DNA of 64,000 nucleotides, from assembly GCF_963921235.1 (NCBI RefSeq), contig NC_086097.1, forward strand, positions 199,704,001 through 199,768,000, in the 5' to 3' direction. Position 1 is the first letter of the stretch. Every line of letters begins with the position of its first letter. The notes below the pieces were generated by a model. It was not told the origin of the DNA. It saw only the letters and a program-made list of their open reading frames with translations, and did no database searches. This DNA comes from Mobula hypostoma. Lineage: Eukaryota. Below are positions 1-11,374 of this stretch, piece by piece. The position numbers and the translations under genes were made by a program.

Positions 1-2535
1 CCTATACCTTATAAAGCCTCAGCATCACATCCTTGCTCTTATATTCAAGTCCTCATGAAATGAATGCTGACATTGCATTTGCCTTTCTTACCACAAACTC
101 AACCTACAAGTTAACTTTTAGGGAATCCTCCATAAGGACCTGCACCTCTGATTTTTGAATTTTCTCCCCATTTAAAATTGGTTTATGACTTTATTCCTTC
201 TACAAAAGTGTATGAACATCCACTTCACTACACTATATTCCATCTGCCACTTCTTTGTCCGTTCTCTCAATCTATCCAAGATCTTCAGTAGACTTCCTGT
301 TTCCACAACAATACATGCCCCGCTACCTATCTTTGTATTGTCTGCAAACTTGGCCACAAAACCATCAATTCCTTCTAATATGGAAAGAAGAAGCCCCAAT
401 ATTGACTCCTGCAGAAAGCCACTAATCATCAGCAACCAACAAGAATGGACTCCCTTTATTCTGGCTCTCAGTCTCCTGCCCAGCAGCCAATCTTCTATCC
501 ATGCTGGTATCTTTCCTGTAATACCATCGACTCTTATCCCGTTAAGCAGCCTCATGGGTGAGAACTTGTCAAAGGCCCTCTGAAAACCCAAGTAAACAGC
601 AACCACTGGCTCTCCTTTGTCTACCTGCCTGTGGATTTCTCAAAGAATTCCAACAGATTTGTCAGGCAAGATTGCCCCTTAAGGACAATATGCTGGTAAT
701 AGCCTACTTTATCATGTGCCACCAAATACCCTAAAACCTCATCCTTAATAATGGACTTCAACATTATAAAGTTAGGCTAACTGGTGTATAATTTCCTTTC
801 TTCTGCCTCCCTCCCTTCTTAAAGAGTTGAGTGACGTTTGCAATTTTACAGTTCTCTGGAATCATTCCAGCATTTAGTGATTCATGAAAAATTGTTACTA
901 ATGCCTCCATAGTCCCTTCAGGGTTCTTTCAGAACCCTAGAGTGTCATTCATCTGGTCCAGGGACTTATCTACCTTCAAATCTATCAGTTTTCCTAGCAC
1001 CTTCTCCTTTGTATTAGCAACTGCACTCACTTCTTCCCCTGACACCCTCGGATTTCGGCCATATAGCTAGTGTCTTCCACAGTGAAGACTAATGCAAAAT
1101 ACTTATTAAGTTCTTCTGCCATTTCTTTGTTTCCCATGATCACCTCTCCAGCATTATTTTCCAATGGGTCAATATCCATTCTTGCCTCTCTTTTATGCTT
1201 TATATAGCTGAGCAGTCTTTTGGTACAATTTGTTTCATTGACATTATTGATTCGTATACCTTCATATTTAATCTTTTCTCTATTTGTGATTTTTTAATTG
1301 CTTCTATTGGTTTGAAAAAGTTACCCAATCCTCTAACTTCCCACTATTTCTTGCTATATTATATGCCCTCTCTTTTCCTCTTATGGTGTTTTTGACTTCT
1401 CTTGTCAGCCACGGTTGTCTCATCCTCCATTCAGAATACTACTTCAGAATACTTCTTTGGAATGTATCTATCCTTCACCTTCCAAATTGCCCCAGGAATC
1501 CCAGCCATTGTTGTTCTGCTGTCATCTAGCTAGTTTCCCCTCCCAATCAACTTTGGCCAGCTCCTCTTTCTTGCACTTCTGATTCTTTTTACTCCACTTT
1601 AATACATTTGATACTCCACTTTAATACATTTGACTTCATCTTCTGCCACTCAAACTACAGGGTGAATTCTATCATATTATGATCACTGTCTTTTAAGGGT
1701 TCCTTTACCTCAAGCTTCCTAATCAAATTTGGGTCATTACATGACACCCAATCCAGCATTGCCTTTCCCCTGGTGGACTCAACCACAAGCTGCATTAAAA
1801 AGCCATCTCGTAAGCATTCTATAAACTCCCTTTTGGGATCCAGCACCAACCTTATTGTCCCAATCTACCTGTATTTTGAAATCCCCCATGACTATTGCAA
1901 GTTCACCCTTGTTATTATATAGGCATCAGTTAGTCTCATGAGACCATGGATTTGTACCTTGGAAGGTTTCCAGGGCGCAGGCCTGGGCAAGGTTGTATGG
2001 AAGACCAGCAGTTGTCCATGCTGCAAGTCTCCCCTCTCCACGCCACCAGTGTTGTCCTAGGGAAGGGCATTAGGACCCACACAGCTTGGCACCGGTGTCG
2101 TTGCAGAGCAATGTGTGGTTAAGTGCCTTGCTCAAGGACACAACACGCAGCCTCAGCCAAGGGGCGAACTAGCGACCTTCAGATCACTAGATGAACACCT
2201 TAACCACTTGGCCACGTGCCAGCACACCCTTATTATCTGCCTTCTTTATGTCCCATTTAAGCCTATACCCCCCAACCTGGCTACTTTTTGGGGGCTCCCA
2301 TTAGGTCCTTTTCACCCTTGCAATTTCTTAACTCTACCAAGAAGGAGTCTATATCTCCCTATCCTATGTCACCTCTTTCTAGAAATTGATTTAATTTTTT
2401 ACCAACAGAGCTACCCCACCCCCTTCAGCCTACCTGCCTGTCTTTTCAATGCAAGGTGTATCTTTGGATGCTAAGTTCCCAACTATGACCTTCTTTCAGC
2501 CACAACTCAGTGATGCCCAAACATCATATATGCCA
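1..2535 (-). mobile_element. Degenerate CR1 LINE ORF2 (endonuclease + RT), interrupted by a SINE at 1916-2225
   Basis: ORF fragments VYLGFQRAFDK...KFADNTKIG...KWQMEY (172-606) and FIECLRDGFL...SDHNMIEF (1655-1849) are CR1 RT and APE motifs; many stops. Boundaries approximate. Confidence 0.9.
1916..2225 (-). mobile_element. tRNA-headed SINE with RTE-like body and tail (copy 1)
   Basis: Minus strand has A box TGGCCAAGTGG, B-box-like GTTCGCCCC, CORE-like GTGTCCTTGAGCAAGGCACTTAACC and tail GAGACTAACTGATGCC. TSD acccttgttat (1905-1915) / acccttattat (2226-2236). Close copy at 24127-24436. Confidence 0.9.
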
Positions 2536-2769
2536 CACAATCAACAACTCTCTTAGCCTTCCTAATTTTGTTTTTTAAACTCCTCTTACAATTTATTAAT
2601 ATACTTCTTGGCATCATTAGAACATCATAGTAACCTATGCAAGCTCACTTTCAAGTTGCTCAAAGACACAGTAAGACAGCAGTATTCAAAATGGGCAATT
2701 TCATAATGAAGTATGTATTATACCAGCAATACAAATAAATGCTGGTAGAACGCAGCAGGACAGGCAGCA

Positions 2770-4100
2770 GGATGTGAGATCAGGCAGGAAGTGGTCAGCC
2801 TGTGTAGCAGTTGATGAGGCAGAGTCTAGATTGAAGCACAAGGAGATGGTTGGGGCTATCCAGCTAGGCTACCAGGGACTTGGATGGACAACTCACAAGT
2901 GGTGGTCATCTTCTACAGGTAAGGAGCGCCGTGAGTTTGTAACACAAGAAATATGAGAGGTAGAAGAGGAGAAGAGGTTAACTAAAACAGCTGGCCTGGC
3001 CCAACAAGAGGTTTGGACCTGGTGGGGAAGTGTTGAACAACGACATCTATCTTGGAATGTTCTGTGGCAGATGGAACCGCTCCACATTTCTTTTCTATGC
3101 AGAGCAGCGTATGATCTGCTCCCAACACCTACCAACCTCAGCACCTGGTATGAAGATAAGACAGACAGGTGTGCTGCTTGTGGCGAGAAGGGAACACTTC
3201 AACATATCTTGAATGCATGCAGAGTCAATCTTTCCAGCGGCATGTACACTTGGAGACATAATAACGTTCTCAAAGTTGTGACAGAAGCGGTTGAGCAGAG
3301 AGTACTGCAGCACAACTTATCTCATGCCCCATGCTGCACAGAACATCGCATATCATTTGTGAAAGAAGGCTCCAAGTCAAGGGTGTACAGCGCAGGCTCA
3401 TGATCAAGCATACTTTCTTCAGCCAATGATTGGTGTGTCAAGGCTGGACGGGAAAGGCAGTTTCCCGGAGCAAATAGCTTTCACAACATTGCGTCCAGAT
3501 ATAATGGTATGGTCTGACACCAGTAGAGAAGTAGTTATTGGTGAACTCACAGTCCCGTGGGCAGACAACATCGATGAAACCCATGGGCGCAAGTTAACCA
3601 AGTATGCAGAATTAAGATCAGAGTGCAGAGCCAGAGGGTGGAAGGCCTCATGCTATCCATCTGAAGTAGGCTGCTGTGGGTTTATTGCATTCACTCTCCA
3701 GAAGTGACCTTGGCTTCACTAGAAGAGAGATCAAGTCAACCAGCAGGGCTGTAGCTGAGGCAGCAGAGAAAGGATCAGCATGGGTGTGGACCAAGTATGT
3801 CCAGAGGGGCAGATAGTCAGACAGTGTATACACATCTTGGAAACCCTTCAGTAGTTGCAAAGACACCTGAAGAGCAGACTATCGGTTGGATGGAAATGAC
3901 TGATAGAGGCAGATGCCAAGTTTTTAAGCTCACCAGTGGGAGGTGGTGCTTTAGCACTGCTGGCCCACCACCTTGAGGGAGTCTTGATCATAAGCAGCAG
4001 AAACTCCTGAAGACAGGTGGCAGATCAACTGATGATCCCACTGGTGATAGCACAGGACAGTTAACATCTTAGTCCACGTATATTCTGTAACTTGTAACTC
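2770..4100 (+). mobile_element. HERO-like RLE non-LTR retrotransposon, 5'-truncated, degenerate (family A)
   Basis: CCHC knuckle CAACGEKGTLQHILNAC, YTWRHNNVL, RLE motif LRPDIMVWS...GELTVPW...KLTKYAEL; several stops and frameshifts; flanked by a 49-bp direct repeat. Confidence 0.85.
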
Positions 4101-4165
4101 TACCAGCAACACAACAAAATGCTGGTAGAACGCAGCAGGACAGGCAGCATATATAGGAAGAAGTA

Positions 4166-4203
4166 CAGTCGACGTTTCGGGTGGAAATTCTTCATCAGGA
4201 CTA
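4166..4203 (-). ncRNA. Minimal type I hammerhead ribozyme motif in PLE pLTR
   Basis: Minus strand AGTC-CTGATGA-agaatttccaccc-GAAA-CGTC-GACT: intact core, palindromic stem III, degenerate stem II. Confidence 0.7.
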
Positions 4204-4456
4204 ACTGAAAGAAGAGATATTAAGAGATTTGAAAGTGGGAGGGGGAGGGGGAGATCCGAAATGATAGGAGAAGACAGGAGGGGGAGGGATGAAGCTAAGA
4301 GCTGGAAAGATGATTGGCAAAAGGGATACAAGGCTGGAGAAGGGAAAGGATCATAGGATGGGAGGCTGGGGGAGAAAGAAAGGGGGAGGGGAGCACTAGA
4401 GGAAGATGGAGAGAAGGCAAGGAGTTATTGTGAGAGGGACAGAGAGAAAAAAAAGG

Positions 4457-4495
<39 letters not shown>
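4457..4495. repeat. (AAAT)n microsatellite in PLE 3' UTR
   Basis: Read directly from sequence. Confidence 0.95.
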
Positions 4496-4810
4496 GGGAT
4501 AGTGTAAGAAGGGGAGGAGGTGCATTAACAGAAGTTAGAGAAGTCAATGTTCATGCCATCAGGTTGGAGGCTACCCAGATGGAATATAAAGTGTTGTTCC
4601 TCTAACCTGAGTGTGGCTTCATCTTGACAGCAGAGAAGGCCGTGGATAGACATATCAGAATGGGAATGGGACGTGGAATTAAAATGTTTGGCCACTGGGA
4701 GATCCTGCTTTCTCTGGTGGACAGAGCATAGGTGTTCAACGAAACGATCTCCAAGTCTGCATCGGGTCTCACCAATATATAAAAGGCCGCACCGGGAGCA
4801 CCGGACACTG

Positions 4811-6514
4811 TTGTGTACATACATCTATTGATGCTTCTGGACACATCTTCAGTGATGTTCCTGGAATCATCGGGTGTTTCGGGTCTTTCAACATCATACA
4901 ACCTCCTCCAGGTGACCCAGCCGGGGCTGATCAGACCCCAGCTTGTGTCCAAATGGCTAGCTACTTATGACTCCATGGCTCCTCTCTTTTGAGCCACAGC
5001 CATCTTGAGGCCCTCTCTGCAGCATCGGTGGTACTGCGGATAGCTCTCCTCTTCCTCTCTCCCTCGATGCTCAAAATGCTGAAGGCTCTAACTAAAGAAC
5101 GGGCTATGAATCCCCTACAACCAACATCCACTGGGAGACACCTCGCTGTCCATCCAGCCTGCTGATAGTTGCTGACCAGTCCTGCATACTTGGAGAGCTT
5201 CCTTTCAAAGGCCTCCTCCAAGCTATCTTCCCATGGGACTGTCAGCTCCAGCAGCACCACTTGCTTAGTAGACTCAGACACTAGGACAATGTCTGGTCGC
5301 AGGGTGGTGGCTGCAATATGGTTGGGGAACTTCAGCTGCCCTTCGAGGTCCACCAACAGCTGCCAGTCCCTTGCAGAGGTCAGAATGCCTGCAGATGTTC
5401 TTTTGGCAGGTATTGGCTGCTCCCCAGCTCTGACAAAGGCAATGGTCTGCTGGGAGGGTCAGGACCACTTCGCCCACTCAACTCCTGCACTCATGGCTTC
5501 AGCGATGGTCTTCAGGACCTGATCATGCCTCCACCTATACCGTCCCTCACCAAGTGCCCTTGCACAGCCACTGAGGATGTGCTCCAGAGTTCCTCGCTTG
5601 GAGCACAGTGGGCACGCAGATGACTCTGCCTTGCCCCATGTGTGCAGGTTTGATGGGCTTGGAAGCACATCGTACACTGCCTGGATGAGAAATTGGATGC
5701 GGTGTGGTTCGGCTTTCCAAAGATCAGCCCAGGGCACTTTCCTCTCAACCGCATTCTCCCATCTTGTCCAAGCTCCCTGTTGCTTCATTCCCACTGCCTT
5801 GCAGGCTCTCATCCCCTCCACTACTGCTCTCACCTCCTCCTGAACTAGACGACGCCTTTCCTTCCTTCTGGTGTCCATTTGGGGAGTTGGAAAGGATCCT
5901 AGCCCAGCTCGGCCTCGTGTGACCACTCCCACCAGCCTCCTGTGATGCAGCCTTGCCTCTGCTTCCTGAACAGCTTCCTCTGCCCTCCACTTCCTGCCAG
6001 TACTTAGTTGGATCCCTGCTCTAGCCACCTTCGGGTCACTTGAGTCCCTATACTGTAGCACTTCTCTGGCTCTTGTTACCTTGAATTCTTCCTCCAAGGA
6101 TTTGAAGGGCAGTTGCAGTTTGTTGTGGTGTCCATAGAGTGCGATGCTGCTCAGGCTCTTTGGCAGCCCCAGCCATCTCCTGAGGTGGTTGCTAACCCTC
6201 CTCTCTAAGGTTTCGACTGTCGAGATCGGAACTGCATAGACAAGGAGGGGCCACAGGATTCTGGGAAGAATGCCATGCTGATACACCCAGGCTTTAAACT
6301 TCCCAGGTAGGCCAGACTTGTCCACAGATTTCAGCCAGCCCTCCAACTCGGTGCAGGTTGTCTGAATGGATGTTGTGTTCCTTAAAGAGCTGTCAAAAAC
6401 TTTGCCTAAGCTCTTGACTGGCTTTTCTGTGATGGTTGGGATGGCTGTGCCTGCGATGCTGAACCGGAACTTGTTCTCCACCTTCCCTTTCCTCAGCACC
6501 ATCGATCTTGATTT
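4811..6514 (-). mobile_element. HERO-like RLE non-LTR retrotransposon, 5'-truncated, young (family B)
   Basis: RT C-terminus/thumb KSRSMVLRKG...LPGKFKAWVYQHGILPRILWPL, CCHC CPLCSKRGTLEHILSGC, RLE LRPDIVLVS...LELTVPWE. ORFs 5459-6538 and 4961-5356 share a frame and are separated by one TGA. 3' UTR ~4811-4960. Confidence 0.9.
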
Positions 6515-6844
6515 GGTATATAGGGACTGGATGTCCATGGTGAAAATAAGGCAGTGGGGGCCAGGGAACTTAAAAGCATTGAAAAAATTCAGAGCGTGAG
6601 AAGTGTCATGAACATAGGTGGGAAGGGATTGAACAAGGGGGGATAAAACAGTGTTGAAGTATGCAGAGATGAGTTCGGTGGGGCAGGAGCAAGCTGAGAC
6701 AATGGGTCTACCTGGACAGGCAGGTTTGTGGATCTTGGGTAGGAGGTAGAAATGGAAAGTGTGCAGTGTGGGAACTATGAGGTTGGTGGCAGTGGATGGG
6801 AGATCCCCAGAGCTGATAAGGTTGATGATGGTGTGGGAGACAAT

Positions 6845-7082
6845 TTCCAGTACTTAGCTTCATCCCTCCCCCTCCTGTCTTCTCGTATCATTTTGGATCT
6901 CCCCCTACTCCTCCCACTTTCAAATCTCTTACTATCTCTTCTTTCAGTTAGTCCTAACGAAGAGCCTCAGCCCCAAACGTTGACTGTACCTCTTCCTATA
7001 GATGTTGCCTGGCCTGCTGTGTTCCACCAGTATTTTGTGTGTGTTGCTTGAATTTCCAGCATCTGCAGATTTCCTCATGTCT
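6845..7082 (+). mobile_element. Inverted PLE pLTR segment with terminal tail and decayed hammerhead (6950-6986)
   Basis: Reverse complement of ~4105-4310 plus the extension TTGAATTTCCAGCATCTGCAGATTTCCTCATGT. Confidence 0.9.
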
Positions 7083-7822
7083 GCATTTGTATTATACCAC
7101 TATGTTTATGAGAGTAGGAGATTTATTAGCTGAAATTAACAATGCACAGTCTACAAAACTCAAAAAGGATCTGTTTATATGTCAGACACAGCTACCCCAT
7201 CCATTTACTGCATGCTTCAAACTGATTTGGACCATGAATAATCCTCTGACTACTGCAATTATCCTCAAGGCACAGACTGAAGATTATTTTATTTATAAAG
7301 AAACCAGTACGAGTCTATAATAAATCTTTACGCCTTTATTACTTTAGATGACCTTTTGAAAAGATATCAATAAATTCACAAGTTTTTGAAAATTATTAGC
7401 CTTTTCTGTTACCATTTTCAAGACACTCAGAAGTGAAAGAATGGCAAGTTACATACACTGTGCATTAGGACAATCATTATAAGCAAGAATGACTATCTTT
7501 GCTCTGGATTTTGTATGCAAGTCGTGAGATCATCAGAGGATTAGAGTATTGTTATGCACAAATTATCAAGAAAGGGGTGTGAGCCTATTACAAACCATGA
7601 TATGAAAGCAGAAACTAAGGGCATGAAGAAATATTATTGCCCAAAATTGGATCCCATTGTCTGTTGTTTTCTGAGTGCAATGTGATCGGAGATCGATGAA
7701 ACCTGGAGTATGTTGTGCTGACAGTCACTCCCAAGTGAAATTGTGCCAATTATGAAATTGCACCTGACAATTTCTGGTCAGTCCATAATATCATACAATG
7801 ACATCAATCACAGGTAACATAC

Positions 7823-7874
7823 TTTGAAAATCTCCCAAGATAAATTGGAGCTTTCAGATCCAGAAAAGTTGAAA
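7823..7874 (-). other. Candidate internal exon (52 nt) of an unidentified minus-strand transcript
   Basis: Acceptor ctttttgttttatttgttag| and donor |gtatgt; non-repeat DNA; one open frame FNFSGSESSNLSWEIFK. Confidence 0.35.
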
Positions 7875-9600
7875 CTAACAAATAAAACAAAAAGTACAAC
7901 TCAAGAATGTCAATACTTAGACAGAAAAACTTTACAGGGCAATGATAGAACTCCAAATAGCACAGTGCAGTTCTTTAAGAACCTAACCATAGAAGAACTC
8001 TTTAAGAAATGGCCTTCTGGCCTCATTAGGAGGAAGGCTCACCTCCAGACTGTTAGGATTCTGTGCTAAATCTAAGTATCTTGCTTCTTATTCATGGCTG
8101 TTCATGTCTCTAAGGATGAAATAAACCACATTACATACATGGAGATTTCTGGGGGTAATATCCATTGGGGGACAGTTAGACATGAGATGTATATTGAGTG
8201 AGAGACAGAGAGTGTATGTATCTCAGTCTCTGTCTCTATCTATAATCCTTTGAGATAGGAACCCTCACTGCTGGCATCTGCACACTTTTCAGATCAGAAG
8301 CTGGCCAAATCAATGGAGTCTTTTGCACTCACCGAAATGGTGACATTTCAACCACCTCTTACCTTGCAGCACTACTGAGAACAAAGAATCTCCCAGCCAT
8401 TGCATCAGCAGGCAGTCTCCACCAGCAGAAATCCAAACCACACCGAGATTTTTAGCTGACTTGAACTGCAAACACTAGAAGGTTCACTGAAATCCCAGGA
8501 GGGAATGAGATATCTGACTCAAAGAGGGACTCAGGAGTGGGATGAACAAGAGCATAACAATACTAGAAGTCTTGATAAAGGAGTGAGCACCAATTCTAGG
8601 TGAAGAGGGTATGTATACCAGTAATAGCACAGTTCTGTACCAGAACTCTCAGACTCTGTGCTAGAGTTCATGATCACCATTTGCCCTTCAAAGTTTACCT
8701 GTGGGCAGTTATGTGTTGATGGGTTTCAGAACCTTGGCATAATTGAAAAGGTCTTAACAAAAACAGCTGAATTCTATTTAGAGAATAATATGATCAGGTG
8801 AAAATATGATATTTTCAAGACCAACACAAATTTACAAATCTTAGAGTGGTTCTGAAGCAATGCTATTCAGACAGAGTTATGCAAGGAAATAAAATGTTGT
8901 ACAGAATTACAGTATACAAACATACAAAAATACAATTAGGAACATAAGTTGGCCATCAGGGCCCTCAAAAGTCCACCATTTAATATGATAACTTCAACTC
9001 TGCATTCTTATTGGCAGTAATATTACATAGCTCAAAAATATTTAGAAACTACTTTCATTGCGCTTTAGGAAAGAGAGCTCCAAAGACTTAAATTCTTTGA
9101 AAGAAAAATCTATTTTGTCATAGATTTAATTGGGAAACCTTTTATTTTTAAACTGTAGCCCTAGTTCGAGATTCTCCCATTAGGATCTTATACTGTATCT
9201 TTCAATCAATTCTGAATGCTTCTATAGATATCCAAAGAGCCGCTCAATTAAAATCAAATTAGATACTAAAATAATCAAAGAATTATCTACTTACCTATTT
9301 ATCAAATTAAATGTTGCAGTGAGACAGCATTATACACTCATATCTAGTAAATTAGACACCCAATATGCCACTTAATTGCTTATACAGGACAAATGCAGGA
9401 CTCAACTTGAGAAAGCTGTTTCCTGGAGGATATGCATTTAAAGCTGGCAACATGAGCCAAGCACACAAATGAGGGCATAGAATAGAATTCATTGCAATTC
9501 ATTGAAGGCATGGAACAGAATTCATTGGTAGATTGTAAAATTATATTGGGGAAACAATGTTACTTATGCTTTGCCAAGTGGTGCACATTGTGACCGTTAC

Positions 9601-9825
9601 TTTTGAGTCAGAAGCCGGACGAGACACTTAGACTCAGATTTTTTTCTCTGGCGTTGCTCCATTGTATCCAGGTTCTCCCTTCTGGCATATATTTTCTTCA
9701 TCTGCACTTCAAAGTCTCCCTTCATGAATCTCAGTGATGAGAACTGCTGTAGTAGCTAACACTGTTGCACACTCGATTAAAGGCATTTTTGTGATCTTTT
9801 TGCAGGTTCCAGTTTGAGGTTGATG
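9601..9825 (-). other. Candidate exon of the same minus-strand transcript
   Basis: Acceptor gtcttcattgttag| and donor |gtaacg. The 3' part reads MKGDFEVQMKKIYARRENLDTMEQRQRKKSESKCLVRLLTQ and is phase-compatible with 7823-7874; no frame is open over the whole exon. Confidence 0.25.
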
Positions 9826-9949
9826 CTAACAATGAAGACATTAATTTATTTGAAACTGGAGTGAGAAGCTAAGGAAAGCATCAGACTCAGATATGCATTG
9901 CTTAGGAAGGATTCCAGCAGCTAAAGGCAAAAATACTCAGAAACATATG

Positions 9950-10185
9950 TTAAAAAATTTAGACATCGGGATCAGAAATGTTAATGCGGTTGTCTATGAG
10001 CTGCCAGTGGAAGTTTTGGATTTAGCTACAATTATGCTATTTGAAAGGCATATGGACAAGTACTTGGATAGGAAAGGCACAGATGGACATGAGCCTATTG
10101 GGGGAAATGAGATTAGCATACATAGGTATCACAGCATAGACAAGATGGGACATAAAGGGCCCACTTCTCTGTTCATATGATTCTA
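9950..10185 (+). mobile_element. Old CR1 3' end
   Basis: FERHMDKYLDRKG-like C-terminus and a CR1 3' UTR remnant. Confidence 0.7.
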
Positions 10186-10512
10186 TCCGCATGGTCCCCA
10201 GCACATGGATAACATGAGAATAGCTTCTATTGTTTAATTCAGTCATGAATTATTTTGAGTCATTAAACTTTTCGTCACAATAAACTAACCTAAGGACAAT
10301 CAACATTAATCCAGACAATAAAGTCCCTTAAAATCACATGGTATTTATCCATCATAAGGATCATATGAGCTTCACTCCGATGACAGGCTCTGACTTACTT
10401 TCCTGCACCTCCTTGTATGTACAACCTGTCAGTTTGCTTCTGTCTGCTTATCCTCCTCAAGTCTGATCCAGTGATGTCTCACGGAGGCTTTTGATTCTGT
10501 CTTTCAACTTAC

Positions 10513-10657
10513 TGGAAGCACAGTTTGGACTTCCATTAATCAGAGCCATCAGAAAAAAAGAAGCTGCAGAAAAGTCACATTCACATTCCTTGAAGTATGC
10601 AGCATGTGAAATTTCTTCCCATCAGTCTCAGGGTGTTTCATTTCTGCCAAACTGATC
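10513..10657 (-). other. Candidate exon (alternative donor at 10399)
   Basis: Acceptor cttttacag| and donor |gtaagt; no frame is open throughout. Confidence 0.25.
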
Positions 10658-11374
10658 CTGTAAAAGTGGCTCCAAGTGTGACATTTCTACTGCATGTGGT
10701 CCTTAACCATTGGCTACAGCTATTGGTGTATGACGTGCCTATGTTTTGGCAGCCTTAGGACATCAAAGACAAGAAACATTCTTTACCTGTCTCAGATGGT
10801 ACACACAATTGTAATTTACAAAATTCCATTTAAAAATATGAAAATTATAAATTTAATACTGTTTAGTATGATTGAAAATATTCTAAAATGGACTTTAAAA
10901 CAAGAAGAGAAACTGCTTCACTTTCAGAAAAATCTAAAGCAAATTATCAGCAAACACAATGTGGAATTATGTGTGTGTATATATATATATATATTTAAAT
11001 GTGATGTAATTTTTAATAAATATCTGAAATCGAGAATACAATATGATCCATAACTTCATGTTGGAAGCATGGCTTATTTTAGCATCCAATCATGAATGTG
11101 GGATGAAACATTATTAAAATATATTCAATTTATTTGATGCAATAGATCTTTCTTTATGTTCCTAGTGTCTTACTGAACAATGTCAAACAATTACATTCCT
11201 GGGGGTTAACTAAAATTCACAAGTCAGAGGAAACTTTGGACAGTAAATTGTGCTGCTCTTCAGAAACTAACTTGATGCAAGCTCCACTTTTCCCTGCTCC
11301 AGTTATCTAAGAATTAGTTTTATCCCAGGATTGTGAGTTTACTGCTCAGCACCTGACCCTTATTGCTTGGAACA

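Larger units (their letters stand above)
2721..7082 (-). mobile_element. Penelope-like element with inverted terminal pLTR segment, interrupted by two HERO-like elements
   Basis: GIY-YIG C-terminus CSRCGLLYIGET...RLEEQHFIFHLGSLQPDGMN (4525-4810). RT N-half YLLPKIHK..PGRPIVS..FTMDIQSLYT (6515-6844, my translation). pLTR at 4101-4520 is homologous to 47900-48332; inverted pLTR at 6845-7082. Confidence 0.9.

Noticed and set aside
2150..2225. tRNA gene (also 24360-24436 and 23910-23975)
   Set aside because: These are SINE heads: A/B boxes are present but continue into SINE bodies.
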